Source: Demequinaceae bacterium
GTDB taxonomy: Bacteria; Actinomycetota; Actinomycetes; Actinomycetales; Demequinaceae
DNA: 32,000 nt
Assembly (NCBI GenBank): GCA_965250005.1
Contig: OZ252279.1
Span: 90,001-122,000, forward strand
Reading direction: 5' to 3'
In this document: positions 13,544 through 22,218 of the stretch, one piece after another
How the letters are laid out: each line of letters opens with the position of its first letter
Numbering within the stretch: the stretch's first letter is position 1
Made by a program: the position numbers and the translations under genes
Notes under the pieces: model-generated
What the model was told of the DNA's origin: nothing
What the model saw: the letters and a program-made list of their open reading frames with translations, nothing else
Database searches by the model: none

Positions 13544-13715
13544 CGCTTCCTCCGGTCATGAGAGTACGCGTTGGCACGTGCAATCGCACAACGAGACGCG
13601 CGCGCAGGCGTGGGAGATTGTGATTCCCGTAGGGGAGGCTGTGCAAATGGCGGGGCGACACCCACCTTGTCATCGCCGCATGCCCGCGCGCTCGGGCGTA
13701 TCAAAGCCAAGGACT

Positions 13716-14687
13716 TCAGTCGCGGCCGACCGTCGATACCGGCATCGCCGCTCCCAGCATCGCGGCGCCAACGGCGGCCACGGGGACGTGCGCTTCGAGC
13801 CAGACAACGCGGCTCGGCAGGTCAAGGGACGCGATGAAGTCGCCTTCCCGCTTGCTGCTCTCTAGGTATTGCTCCACGCCTAGGCGGAGTTCGTCGCGCA
13901 TTTTGACTAATCCTCCCCCGATGATCACGGCGTCCACGTCTAGCGTGAGGACGAGGATCCGCACGGCCTGGGCAACCCCCCAGCGCAGCCCCTCGCGGAT
14001 GGCTTGCGCGCGAGTGTCCCCGGCGAACGCCTCGAGCATGATCTGATCGGCCGCCTCGGGCCCGTGCCACTGGTAAGCAATGCCACCGCCGGACGCATAG
14101 GTTTCGAGTCGCCCGCGTACGCCGTCGCGGTCTTTGGGTCCGTTGGGATCCACCACGACATAGCCGATTTCCCCGGCGGCGCCGCGTGAACCGCTCCAGA
14201 GTTTCCCGTCGAACACGACGCCGGAGGCAAGGCCGGTGCCTACATTGAGGAATGCGATGGACTTCGCCTCGCCGCGCGCGAGCGTCCACGCACCGAGGGT
14301 CGCGGCATTGACGTCGTTGGCGACGACGGGGCGAACGCCCCACGACTTGGCAAGCTCGCCGGCTAGATCCACCTCCGTGATGCCGAGGTTGACGGCATGG
14401 GACAGGCGCCCCTTGTGGACGCGCCCTGGGGCGCCGATGCCCACGGTGAGCGCGCCGACTCCCGCGACTGCGGCCAAGTCCGCGAGTGGCGAGCCCGCGG
14501 AGTCCTGCAGTCCCTTGACGGTCTCGATGACGGATTTCAGAAGCGCCTCGTTGCCCTGGCCCGCGGGAAGCGTATGCCGGTGAAGAACGGCGCCGTCGGG
14601 CTCGACCGCAACCGCGTCGATCTTGGTGCCGCCGATGTCGATGCCGATTTGTACGCCGCCGTGTGCCGCTACGCTCATCGAAGTCAT
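13716..14687 (-). CDS. ROK-family sugar kinase-like protein, cysteine-free (lacks the ROK zinc motif)
   Basis: IGIDIGGTKIDAVAV is an ATP-binding N-terminus, and VANDVNAATLGAW and GAAGEIGY are ROK-like blocks. The start was chosen at 14687, where ATGA overlaps the upstream GH3 stop codon. Confidence 0.85.
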   Translation of the reverse strand: MTSMSVAAHGGVQIGIDIGGTKIDAVAVEPDGAVLHRHTLPAGQGNEALLKSVIETVKGLQDSAGSPLADLAAVAGVGALTVGIGAPGRVHKGRLSHAVNLGITEVDLAGELAKSWGVRPVVANDVNAATLGAWTLARGEAKSIAFLNVGTGLASGVVFDGKLWSGSRGAAGEIGYVVVDPNGPKDRDGVRGRLETYASGGGIAYQWHGPEAADQIMLEAFAGDTRAQAIREGLRWGVAQAVRILVLTLDVDAVIIGGGLVKMRDELRLGVEQYLESSKREGDFIASLDLPSRVVWLEAHVPVAAVGAAMLGAAMPVSTVGRD

Positions 14688-16234
14688 TCCACCAGTTCTC
14701 GGAGGGCCTCGCACACCAGGCGGGACGACCCAAAGGTCGCGACGTCAACGCCTTCGAAGTCCGATTTGGGCCAGCCCATGTCCACCACCAGGAGAACGCT
14801 CGCGTGCTGGTGCAGCGCTCGGATGGCGGCGCCAGCCCACGCGTGCTGGTGCAGGTTCTTGCCCACGACGATCACTTTGGCGCCCTCGGTGACCGCCGCT
14901 AGTGGGTTGTCATCGGGACCTACGCTGACGGCGTGCTCAATGCCACCGCCGATCGGCTGCCACGGGGACACGCCCGCGGCGATGTCGCCCTCGCTCGCAA
15001 GTCGGATCCACTCGGCGTTGCCGTTTGTATTGCCGCCGCCGCTCAGCCCGTCCGTCTTCCCACCGTTGCGCGACAGGAAGTCGTGCCCGTGCGCGCTGAT
15101 ATGGAATACCTTGCGGACGCGCGCAGTATCGAGACCGGGGACGCGCCCGGGAGTAAACGATGCGGGCGGGCCGGCACCTTCGCGCCCGGCGCGCAGTTGG
15201 GCGCCCAAGGCATGTACGCGCGCGCCCGCGTCCTCGAGCTGCGACATCGCGAGTATTCCGGCTGCCGCCGCACGCTTGATGCCTAGAACGATCTTCCCGA
15301 TCTGCTCGTCATTGTTGTTCGTGCCGATGCACAGCAGGTCACAGCCTCCCGCCAACGCGCGCCCGGCTGCGGCGGGGATCCCGATTTCACCGCTCGCGCC
15401 GACCATGTCGAGTGCGTCGGAGACCGCGACGCCGGTGAACCCGAGCTCGTCGCGCAAGAGGCGGCCGAGGATGTCAGGAGAGAAGGTGGCCGGCTGCTTG
15501 GGATCTAACACCTGGAACAGGATGTGCGACGTCATGATGGTTTTCACGCCCGCGCGGATCGCGGCCGCGAATGGCACGAGCTCGCGATGCCGCACCTGGG
15601 TCTCATCGGCGTCGATCGAGGGAAGTGAGAGGTGCGAGTCCTGGCTGGTGTCGCCGTGGCCGGGGAAGTGCTTGGCGCAGCCCGCGACACCCGTGGATTG
15701 GACGCCGCGAACCCAAGCCGCCACATGGTCGGCAACGGGTCCGGGTTCTGCTCCAAAGCTGCGGACGCCAATGACGGGGTTGTTCGGGTTTGAGTTCACA
15801 TCGGCGACCGGGGCGAATGTGAGCCCGATTCCCACCGCGCGCATTTCCCAGCCCACTTGCGCGCCCACGCGCTCGGTGAGGTCGAGGTCTCCCAGGCGGC
15901 CCAGCACCGCGGCCCCGGGGAATGGTGCGCCTACGTGCAAATAGAGGCGAGTGACGTCGCCGCCCTCCTCGTCGATTGCGATCACGGCGTCCGGGTTGGC
16001 GGCATAGATTTGGTCGCAGAGCGCGCGGATTTGCTCGACTGACTTGACGTTTTCGCGGAATAGGCAGATGCCGCCCAGGCCGTCGCGCAAGCGCGCTGCT
16101 AACCAGTCGGGAAGTTCGTTGCCCACGAACCCCGGCATGAGGGTCGCGAGAACGGCGCGGCTCAAAGCGGCCTCACAGTGGTGGGAGCAGTCGCCGCCCA
16201 GTCGAGCGCGTTCGTGCCCACGAGCCATGGCCAC
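14684..16234 (-). CDS. Glycoside hydrolase family 3 (NagZ-like beta-N-acetylhexosaminidase type) with a C-terminal extension
   Basis: The GH3 N-domain motif KHFPGHGDTSQDSHLSLP is present, along with IAIDEEGGDVTRL and SDALDM. The start is GTG at 16234 or ATG at 16228. Confidence 0.9.
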   Translation of the reverse strand: MAMARGHERARLGGDCSHHCEAALSRAVLATLMPGFVGNELPDWLAARLRDGLGGICLFRENVKSVEQIRALCDQIYAANPDAVIAIDEEGGDVTRLYLHVGAPFPGAAVLGRLGDLDLTERVGAQVGWEMRAVGIGLTFAPVADVNSNPNNPVIGVRSFGAEPGPVADHVAAWVRGVQSTGVAGCAKHFPGHGDTSQDSHLSLPSIDADETQVRHRELVPFAAAIRAGVKTIMTSHILFQVLDPKQPATFSPDILGRLLRDELGFTGVAVSDALDMVGASGEIGIPAAAGRALAGGCDLLCIGTNNNDEQIGKIVLGIKRAAAAGILAMSQLEDAGARVHALGAQLRAGREGAGPPASFTPGRVPGLDTARVRKVFHISAHGHDFLSRNGGKTDGLSGGGNTNGNAEWIRLASEGDIAAGVSPWQPIGGGIEHAVSVGPDDNPLAAVTEGAKVIVVGKNLHQHAWAGAAIRALHQHASVLLVVDMGWPKSDFEGVDVATFGSSRLVCEALRELVE

Positions 16235-16356
16235 GTCCGGCGGGCCCGACGATGGCGGGACGCGGCGGCAGGCGTGTCAAAGGCCGCGCTGGATGTATTC
16301 ACATTTCTCAACGTAGCACCGCCACGCGGGCCGCCCAACGGAGGTACGTTCGAGTC

Positions 16357-16944
16357 ATGACAATTCGACCGGGAACCCACGCGGATGCCGACGCGATCGA
16401 GCGCATCTGCCTGGTCACGGGACGCGTCGGCCAGGACGCCACCGGCGCCTACGGTGATGACGCCGTCCTGTCAGATGTGTACGCCACCCCTTACCTGTTC
16501 GGGCCATCCAGCTTCTGCCTGGTGTGGGAAGACAACGGCAAGGTGCTGGGCTACGTGCTCGGGGCATCGGACACGCGCGAGTTTCAGAAGTGGTTCGTTG
16601 AGGAGTGGTGGCCCGGCGCAGGCGCGTCGCGCGAGCCCCGCACGGATATGGACCGCGACCTGTTCAAAGCGGCGGCGAATCCCACGCGAATGCTTGTGGA
16701 TGAGGTCGACCGATACCCCGCACACCTTCACATTGATCTCTTGCCCGAGGCGCAGGGCAAGGGTGCCGGCCGCGCGCTGATCGAGGCGTGCGTTGAGCTT
16801 CAGCGCGACCGCGGGATTCCGGGCCTGCACTTGGTTGCAGAGAACGCGAACGAGGTGGCGCGGGCGTTCTATCCGCGCGTGGGGTTCGAGGCGCTTCGCA
16901 CGTTCAGTGGCGTCACGCTTTTCGCGCGGACCATCGAGGTCTAG
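16357..16944 (+). CDS. GNAT-family N-acetyltransferase
   Basis: GGAGGT at 16340-16345 precedes the ATG at 16357. HIDLLPEAQGKGAGRALIEA is an acetyl-CoA-binding Q/RxxGxG/A-like motif. The protein ends with NEVARAFYPRVGFE. Confidence 0.8.
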   Translation: MTIRPGTHADADAIERICLVTGRVGQDATGAYGDDAVLSDVYATPYLFGPSSFCLVWEDNGKVLGYVLGASDTREFQKWFVEEWWPGAGASREPRTDMDRDLFKAAANPTRMLVDEVDRYPAHLHIDLLPEAQGKGAGRALIEACVELQRDRGIPGLHLVAENANEVARAFYPRVGFEALRTFSGVTLFARTIEV

Positions 16945-17009
16945 AGCAAACCCGGTTGGAGTTCTTGCGGCTACATCCGTGATCCCGGTCGCCAACGTAG
17001 GCTCGCAGC

Positions 17010-17522
17010 ATGACCGTTGCCCCTGGACCTGACGCAGTTGGCGGCCAAGAAGCGACCACGCCCGCCCTCGACTCCCTCGCGCTGCTAGGCATCGCTCACA
17101 CTGTTCATCGCCACGGACGGGTCGACTCGCTCGAGGAGGCTGCGGCTGCGCGCGGGCTCGTGCCGCGCCAGGTGCTCAAAACCCTCGTGGTCCGCCGCGG
17201 CGACGACGATTTCCTGTTCGTGCTCGTCCCCGGCGACCGCCAAATATCTTGGCCCAAATTGCGCGCGGTCCTGGGCGTGAGTCGCCTGTCGATGCCGAGC
17301 ACCGACGTGGCGTTCGAAGTGACCGGCTACGTCCGCGGCACCATCACACCTTTCGGCGCGTCCACGGCCTGGCCCGTCTACGCCGACGCGCTGGTGGTCT
17401 CGCGAAATGAACAGGTGAGCATCGGCGGGGGAGCACATGGGGTTTCCGCGACGGTTGGGCCTGACGAACTGGTCGCGGCCCTGGGCGCAAAAACTGCCGA
17501 CGTGACGGAGCCGTTGGGCTAA
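17010..17522 (+). CDS. YbaK/EbsC/ProX-type aminoacyl-tRNA deacylase domain protein
   Basis: VLKTLVVRRGDDDFLFVLVPGDRQISWPKLRAVLG ... GYVRGTITPFG fits the YbaK-family pattern. Confidence 0.8.
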   Translation: MTVAPGPDAVGGQEATTPALDSLALLGIAHTVHRHGRVDSLEEAAAARGLVPRQVLKTLVVRRGDDDFLFVLVPGDRQISWPKLRAVLGVSRLSMPSTDVAFEVTGYVRGTITPFGASTAWPVYADALVVSRNEQVSIGGGAHGVSATVGPDELVAALGAKTADVTEPLG

Positions 17523-19144
17523 GTTTCTTCTGGCACCATCACGATCGCGCCCGCAGGGCACTCGGCCACGCAGATCCCGCAGCCCTTGCAGAAGTCCAGG
17601 TTGATCTCAAACCGGTTGCCGGGACCTAGTTTGATGACGGCGTTGTCGGGGCACACCCCAAAGCAGTTGTCGCACTCAAAGCAGTTGCCGCAACTCATGC
17701 ACCGGCGGGCCTCGAACAAGGCGGTGGACTCGTCGAGTCCGTGAACCACCTCGTCAAAGGTGGACGCCCTCCGCGCCATCTCAAGCTTGGGGCGGACCTT
17801 GTGGGGCGCATCAGCGTAGTACCAGGTGTTCAGCACATCGAAATTGGCCAGGTCGTGCTTGGGTGCGGGTTCCGCCTGGTCGCCGCGTAGCCATTGGTCG
17901 ATGTTGCGGGCTGCCTTCTTGCCGTGGCCCACGCCAACGGTGACGGTCCGCTCGGCGGGCACCATGTCGCCGCCAGCGAACATGCCGTCGTAGCCCGTCA
18001 TCATGTGGGAGTCCACCTTGACCACGCCGTCCTCGAATTCGAGCCCGGGGACGCCGTCCAACAGGCCGAGGTCGGTTTCCTGGCCGAGCGCCAGCACCAG
18101 CGAGTCCGCCTCGAGTTCCTCGAACTCTCCCGTGGGTTGCGGGTACCCGGACTCGTCGAGCGCCATCTTTTCAATCTTGAGAACGCCCTCGTCCGCATGC
18201 TTCACGGTGGACAGCCAGCGCATCAGGACGCCCTCCTCAAGAGCCTCCTCCACCTCAGTGTCGTGTGCCGGCATCTTCTCGCGTGTGCGGCGGTAGACGA
18301 TGATCGCCTCTTCTGCTCCCAGCCGCTTGGCGGTGCGGGCCACGTCGATCGCGGTGTTGCCGCCACCGTAGACGGCAACCTTGCGGCCAAGCAGCGGCGC
18401 GTCGCCGTCCTCGAGTTCGCGCAGCACGCTCACCGCGTCGAGTACGCGCGCGGCCTCCCCGGCGGGCACATGCGCGCGCTTGCCCACCTGTGCGCCTACG
18501 GCTAGGAACGTGGCGTCAAACTTGCCGTCCTTCATCTCGTCTAGCGCGCTTTCCACGCGGTGGCCCAGCTCGAACGTCACGCCCATGGACTGGATGCGAG
18601 CCACCTCGACGTCGAGGATCTCGCGCGGCAGCCGATACTTAGGGATTCCGAACCGCATCATGCCCCCGGGCAGGGGTGCGAGGTCGCGGACAACAACTTC
18701 GTGGCCCAGCCGGCGCAAATGGTACGCGGCGCTCAGCCCTGACGGCCCCGCGCCCACCACGAGCACGCGCTTGCCGGAGTCCGCAGCGGGGGCTGGAAGT
18801 TCCCAGCCCTCTTCGATGGCCTTATCTCCGAGGAACCGCTCGACCGCGTTGATGCCGACAGCCTCGTCCAACTGCCCGCGATTGCACACGTCCTGGCAGG
18901 GGTGGTAGCAGACGCGACCCATGATTGCGGGGAAGGGGTTCTCCTGCACGAGCGTGCGCCATGCGCGCTCATAGTTGCCGTCCTCGGCGTCGTAGAGCCA
19001 CTGCTGGATGTTCTCCCCGGCCGGGCAGGCTTGGTTGCACGGCGGTAGGCGATCGACATAGATGGGCCGTTCGACGCGCCACGACCCGGTCTGGTTCTGC
19101 AGGCTCGAACCCACGTCCAGCGTGATAGCAAATGGCTTGTCCAT
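17519..19144 (-). CDS. GltD/SudA-like FAD- and NAD(P)H-dependent oxidoreductase fused to a C-terminal 2x[4Fe-4S] ferredoxin domain; last gene of the 2-oxoacid oxidoreductase operon
   Basis: N-terminal Cys motifs are CNQACPAGENIQ and CYHPCQDVCNRG. Dinucleotide folds are VVGAGPSGLSAAYHL and VYGGGNTAIDVART. The C-terminus carries CMSCGNCFECDNCFGVCP and CKGCGICVAECP. The start overlaps the upstream stop codon (TAATG). Confidence 0.85.
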   Translation of the reverse strand: MDKPFAITLDVGSSLQNQTGSWRVERPIYVDRLPPCNQACPAGENIQQWLYDAEDGNYERAWRTLVQENPFPAIMGRVCYHPCQDVCNRGQLDEAVGINAVERFLGDKAIEEGWELPAPAADSGKRVLVVGAGPSGLSAAYHLRRLGHEVVVRDLAPLPGGMMRFGIPKYRLPREILDVEVARIQSMGVTFELGHRVESALDEMKDGKFDATFLAVGAQVGKRAHVPAGEAARVLDAVSVLRELEDGDAPLLGRKVAVYGGGNTAIDVARTAKRLGAEEAIIVYRRTREKMPAHDTEVEEALEEGVLMRWLSTVKHADEGVLKIEKMALDESGYPQPTGEFEELEADSLVLALGQETDLGLLDGVPGLEFEDGVVKVDSHMMTGYDGMFAGGDMVPAERTVTVGVGHGKKAARNIDQWLRGDQAEPAPKHDLANFDVLNTWYYADAPHKVRPKLEMARRASTFDEVVHGLDESTALFEARRCMSCGNCFECDNCFGVCPDNAVIKLGPGNRFEINLDFCKGCGICVAECPAGAIVMVPEET

Positions 19145-20247
19145 TACGGTGTCTCCTCTGGGTCAGGGGACGATGCAGCGGCGACGTCCTCAGAGGAGGC
19201 CGGCTCTGGCTCGGGTGACCACCACGCGTCGCGTCTGCCGCCAGCGACGGGTGCGACGTCATCCATCAGGTGGTAGCGCTCGATATTGCGGTCGGCCATC
19301 GCCTGCAGCTTGGCGAGCACGTCTTCGCGTCGTTCGGGTTTGAACAGGTGCTTGTAGCGACCCTGCGGCAGGAGGTACTCCTCAACCGTGTTCCGGTGGC
19401 GGATTTTGGTGGCTGCTGTGACCTCGCCGTGTTCCGCTTCGAACACGGGAAACAGTCCGGACTGGGTGGCGAGCCGGGCGAGCTTGATCGTGTCGTCGGA
19501 CGCGGATCCCCAGCCCAGCGGGCACGGCACAAATACGTGGAGGTAGCGCGAGCCACGGAACTCCATGGCCTTGATGGCCTTGGCTTCGAGGTCGCGCAGG
19601 TCTGCAACGGTGGCGGTGGCGACGTAGGGGATCTCGTGCGCCATCGCGATGCGTGGCAGGTCTTTGCCCTGGCCAAACACGTTGCCGGGATCGTCGCCGA
19701 CAGCCTGGGTGGTGGTGGTGCGCGCGGCGGGCGGCGTCGCGCCCGAGCGTTGCACGCCCGTGTTCATGTACGCCTCGTTGTCGTAGCAGATGTACAGGAC
19801 GTCGTCGTTGCGCTCGAACATTCCGGATAGGGCTCCGAAGCCAATGTCTACGGTGCCGCCGTCGCCGCCCTGGCCCACCACCCGGACGTCGTTGCGGCCC
19901 TTGGCGCGCATTGCCGCCGCCACGCCGGTCGCGACCGCGGGCGCATTTCCGAACAGCGAGTGCAGCCACGGGATGTTCCACGAGGTTTCGGGGTACGGCG
20001 TGGAGAAGACTTCGAGGCAGCCCGTTGCGTTGACAGCGACCATCTGACTGTCGGTGGCCGCCATCACGGCGTCGAGCGCGTAGCGTGCGCCGAGCGCCTC
20101 GCCGCAGCCCTGGCACGCGCGGTGGCCCGAGGTGAGAGAATTCGCCCGTTCCGTGTCCGACTGCAGGCTCGCGTACTCGGGGTCGAGCAGTCGATTGCCC
20201 ACGGCGAAGCTGCCCACTTGGTAGAACTTCACCGGTGCATCGGCCAT
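19144..20247 (-). CDS. 2-oxoacid:ferredoxin oxidoreductase beta subunit (TPP-binding)
   Basis: CQGCGEALGARYALD and GQGGDGGTVDIGFGAL (the TPP GDG motif) are present. The gene is adjacent to the alpha and gamma subunit genes. Confidence 0.9.
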   Translation of the reverse strand: MADAPVKFYQVGSFAVGNRLLDPEYASLQSDTERANSLTSGHRACQGCGEALGARYALDAVMAATDSQMVAVNATGCLEVFSTPYPETSWNIPWLHSLFGNAPAVATGVAAAMRAKGRNDVRVVGQGGDGGTVDIGFGALSGMFERNDDVLYICYDNEAYMNTGVQRSGATPPAARTTTTQAVGDDPGNVFGQGKDLPRIAMAHEIPYVATATVADLRDLEAKAIKAMEFRGSRYLHVFVPCPLGWGSASDDTIKLARLATQSGLFPVFEAEHGEVTAATKIRHRNTVEEYLLPQGRYKHLFKPERREDVLAKLQAMADRNIERYHLMDDVAPVAGGRRDAWWSPEPEPASSEDVAAASSPDPEETP

Positions 20248-20248
20248 G

Positions 20249-21535
20249 TCAGGCTCCCTTCTGCGTTGCGGCAGGATTCGCGAGTCGTTCGGTGAGGTCG
20301 CGGATCATGTTCTCTGCGGCGGGCCCGGACCGGCGGGTCTTGGCCTCCCGCTCGAGCTCTCGGTCGATGAGCTCTTTGTCTAGGTCGAGGAAGGTGAGCG
20401 GCTCGAGTTCGCCCGTCACGGCGTCGGCGATCATGTTGTGAAGCGAGGCCTTGCCGATGGGGCGCCCACCGAGGCCGGCGACCACCGTGTAGTTTTCGAC
20501 TCTGTCGCCTGCGGCGCTGCGCTCGGACAGTGCGGTCCGCACGTTGGACGACACGATTCCGCCTATGCCCACCGCGAACGCCTTCTCCACTACGACCACC
20601 CGCTTGGCGTCCGCAAGTGCGTCGCGCACGGCCTCGAGTGGGAACGGCCGGAAGGATCCGATGCCGAGCACGCCGATCGACTCGCCGTCCGCGATGCGCT
20701 CGTCGGCTACGTCCTTGATGGTGCCGAGCACCGATCCGAGCGCGATCACTACGGTCTCTGCGCCTTCAGTCTTATAGGGGCTCACTAGCCCGCCGGAGTC
20801 GCGGCCGAAAGCCTTCTTGAAATCTGCGGCGACTTGGGGGATGAGGTCCAGCGCCTGCATTTGCTTGGCGTGTGCGAGGTACTTGACCTCCATGAATGCC
20901 TCCGGTCCGACCATTGCCCCGATCGAAATCGGGTCCGCAGGGTCGAGCACCTGGCGCGGCTCGAACGGCGGGAGGAACGCGTCGACGGCGTCGAGGTCAG
21001 GCACGTCCACCTGCTCGTGGGCGTGCGTGAGGATGAAGCCGTCCATGCAGACCATCACCGGCAGCGAGAGCTCTTCGGCAATCTTGAACGCCTGCACGTG
21101 CAGGTCTGCGGCCTCCTGGTTGGTCTCGGCGTACAACTGTATCCAACCGGAGTCGCGCTGCGACATGGCGTCGCTGTGGTCGTTCCAAATATTTATGGGG
21201 GCGCCGATAGCCCGGTTGGCGACCGTCATCACGATGGGCAGGCCCAGGCCCGACGCGTTGTATACGGCCTCCACCATGTAGAGCAGTCCTTGGCTGGCCG
21301 TCGCCGTGTAGGCACGCGCGCCCGCGGCCGAAGCCCCGATGGCGACCGACATGGCCGCGAACTCGGACTCGACATTGACGAATTCGCAACCGGGCAACTC
21401 GCCAGACTTCACCAGCCGGCTGAGGCCCTCGACGATGTGCGTCTGTGGGCTGATCGGGTACGCGCAGATGACTTCGGGGCGGCACGCGGCGACGGCTTCG
21501 GCGACTGCTACGGATCCTTCGAGCTGCTTAAGCAC
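20249..21535 (-). CDS. 2-oxoacid:ferredoxin oxidoreductase alpha subunit
   Basis: MLKQLEGSVAVAEAVAACRPEVICAYPISPQTHIVE is a typical PorA/VorA/KorA N-terminus. Confidence 0.9.
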   Translation of the reverse strand: MLKQLEGSVAVAEAVAACRPEVICAYPISPQTHIVEGLSRLVKSGELPGCEFVNVESEFAAMSVAIGASAAGARAYTATASQGLLYMVEAVYNASGLGLPIVMTVANRAIGAPINIWNDHSDAMSQRDSGWIQLYAETNQEAADLHVQAFKIAEELSLPVMVCMDGFILTHAHEQVDVPDLDAVDAFLPPFEPRQVLDPADPISIGAMVGPEAFMEVKYLAHAKQMQALDLIPQVAADFKKAFGRDSGGLVSPYKTEGAETVVIALGSVLGTIKDVADERIADGESIGVLGIGSFRPFPLEAVRDALADAKRVVVVEKAFAVGIGGIVSSNVRTALSERSAAGDRVENYTVVAGLGGRPIGKASLHNMIADAVTGELEPLTFLDLDKELIDRELEREAKTRRSGPAAENMIRDLTERLANPAATQKGA

Positions 21536-22106
21536 CGGCCAGCTCCTTCATCGCGTCGTGGACCTGCTTGTGCGCTTCGGTCGCTCCGGCCACGTTGCTA
21601 TCCGCGACTTTTCCCGAGAACTTTTCGCGAACGGCATGGTTCACAGACGGCAGAGAAACGACGCGTGTGAGCGCTGCAAACCCGCCGAGTAGGACGATGT
21701 TGGGAACGTTGCGTCCCAGGTGGCGCATGGCGATTTCCGTCGCGCCCACCGTGATGATGCGGGCATCCGAGTCGTCGGTCAGGTCGGTCAGCCCCAACTC
21801 GACAGACGTGCGTTCCGAGTTCACGAGCACGTAGCCGCCCTGTTGGAGCCCGGCGAACACGTTCACGTGATGCAGCAATGTGGGATCCTGGACGATGACC
21901 GCGTTGGGGTTGACTACTGGCTCTCGCACGCGGATCGGCTGGTCGCCCATGCGACAGAAGGCAACCACGGGAGCGCCTGTGCGCTCGGAACCGAAACTGG
22001 GAAAGGCCTGCGCGTGCTGACCCTCGTCAAACGCCGCGACGGAAAGCAACTCGGCAGCCGTAACTACGCCTTGGCCTCCGCGCCCATGGATACGGACCTG
22101 GAACAT
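21528..22106 (-). CDS. 2-oxoacid:ferredoxin oxidoreductase gamma subunit
   Basis: MFQVRIHGRGGQGVVTAAELL is a typical gamma-subunit start. GGAGGAAGGAA precedes the ATG at 22106, so the longer ORF-track start at 22238 is rejected. The gene overlaps the alpha start by 8 nt. Confidence 0.85.
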   Translation of the reverse strand: MFQVRIHGRGGQGVVTAAELLSVAAFDEGQHAQAFPSFGSERTGAPVVAFCRMGDQPIRVREPVVNPNAVIVQDPTLLHHVNVFAGLQQGGYVLVNSERTSVELGLTDLTDDSDARIITVGATEIAMRHLGRNVPNIVLLGGFAALTRVVSLPSVNHAVREKFSGKVADSNVAGATEAHKQVHDAMKELAGA

Positions 22107-22218
22107 CGTGTTCCTTCCTCCCCACACTCCATGGTCACGGCCCGAGGGGGTGACCCTGCGGGACGAAGGTCCCTTGCGGGGGCGCGGCGGAGAATGCCGT
22201 CCTGAGCGAAGTTGGCTG

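Noticed and set aside
14397-15944. Very long plus-strand ORF (515 aa) and many other 60-300-aa ORFs in the track, for example 251..541, 6226..6966, 7363..8061, 13822..14748, 19382..20116, 20834..21670, 23135..23857 and 25187..25960.
   Set aside because: They lie antisense to, or out of frame with, genes that have clear family motifs. Their translations are Arg/Pro/Ala/Ser-rich low-complexity strings of the kind typical for shadow frames in high-GC DNA. They show no motifs and no RBS.
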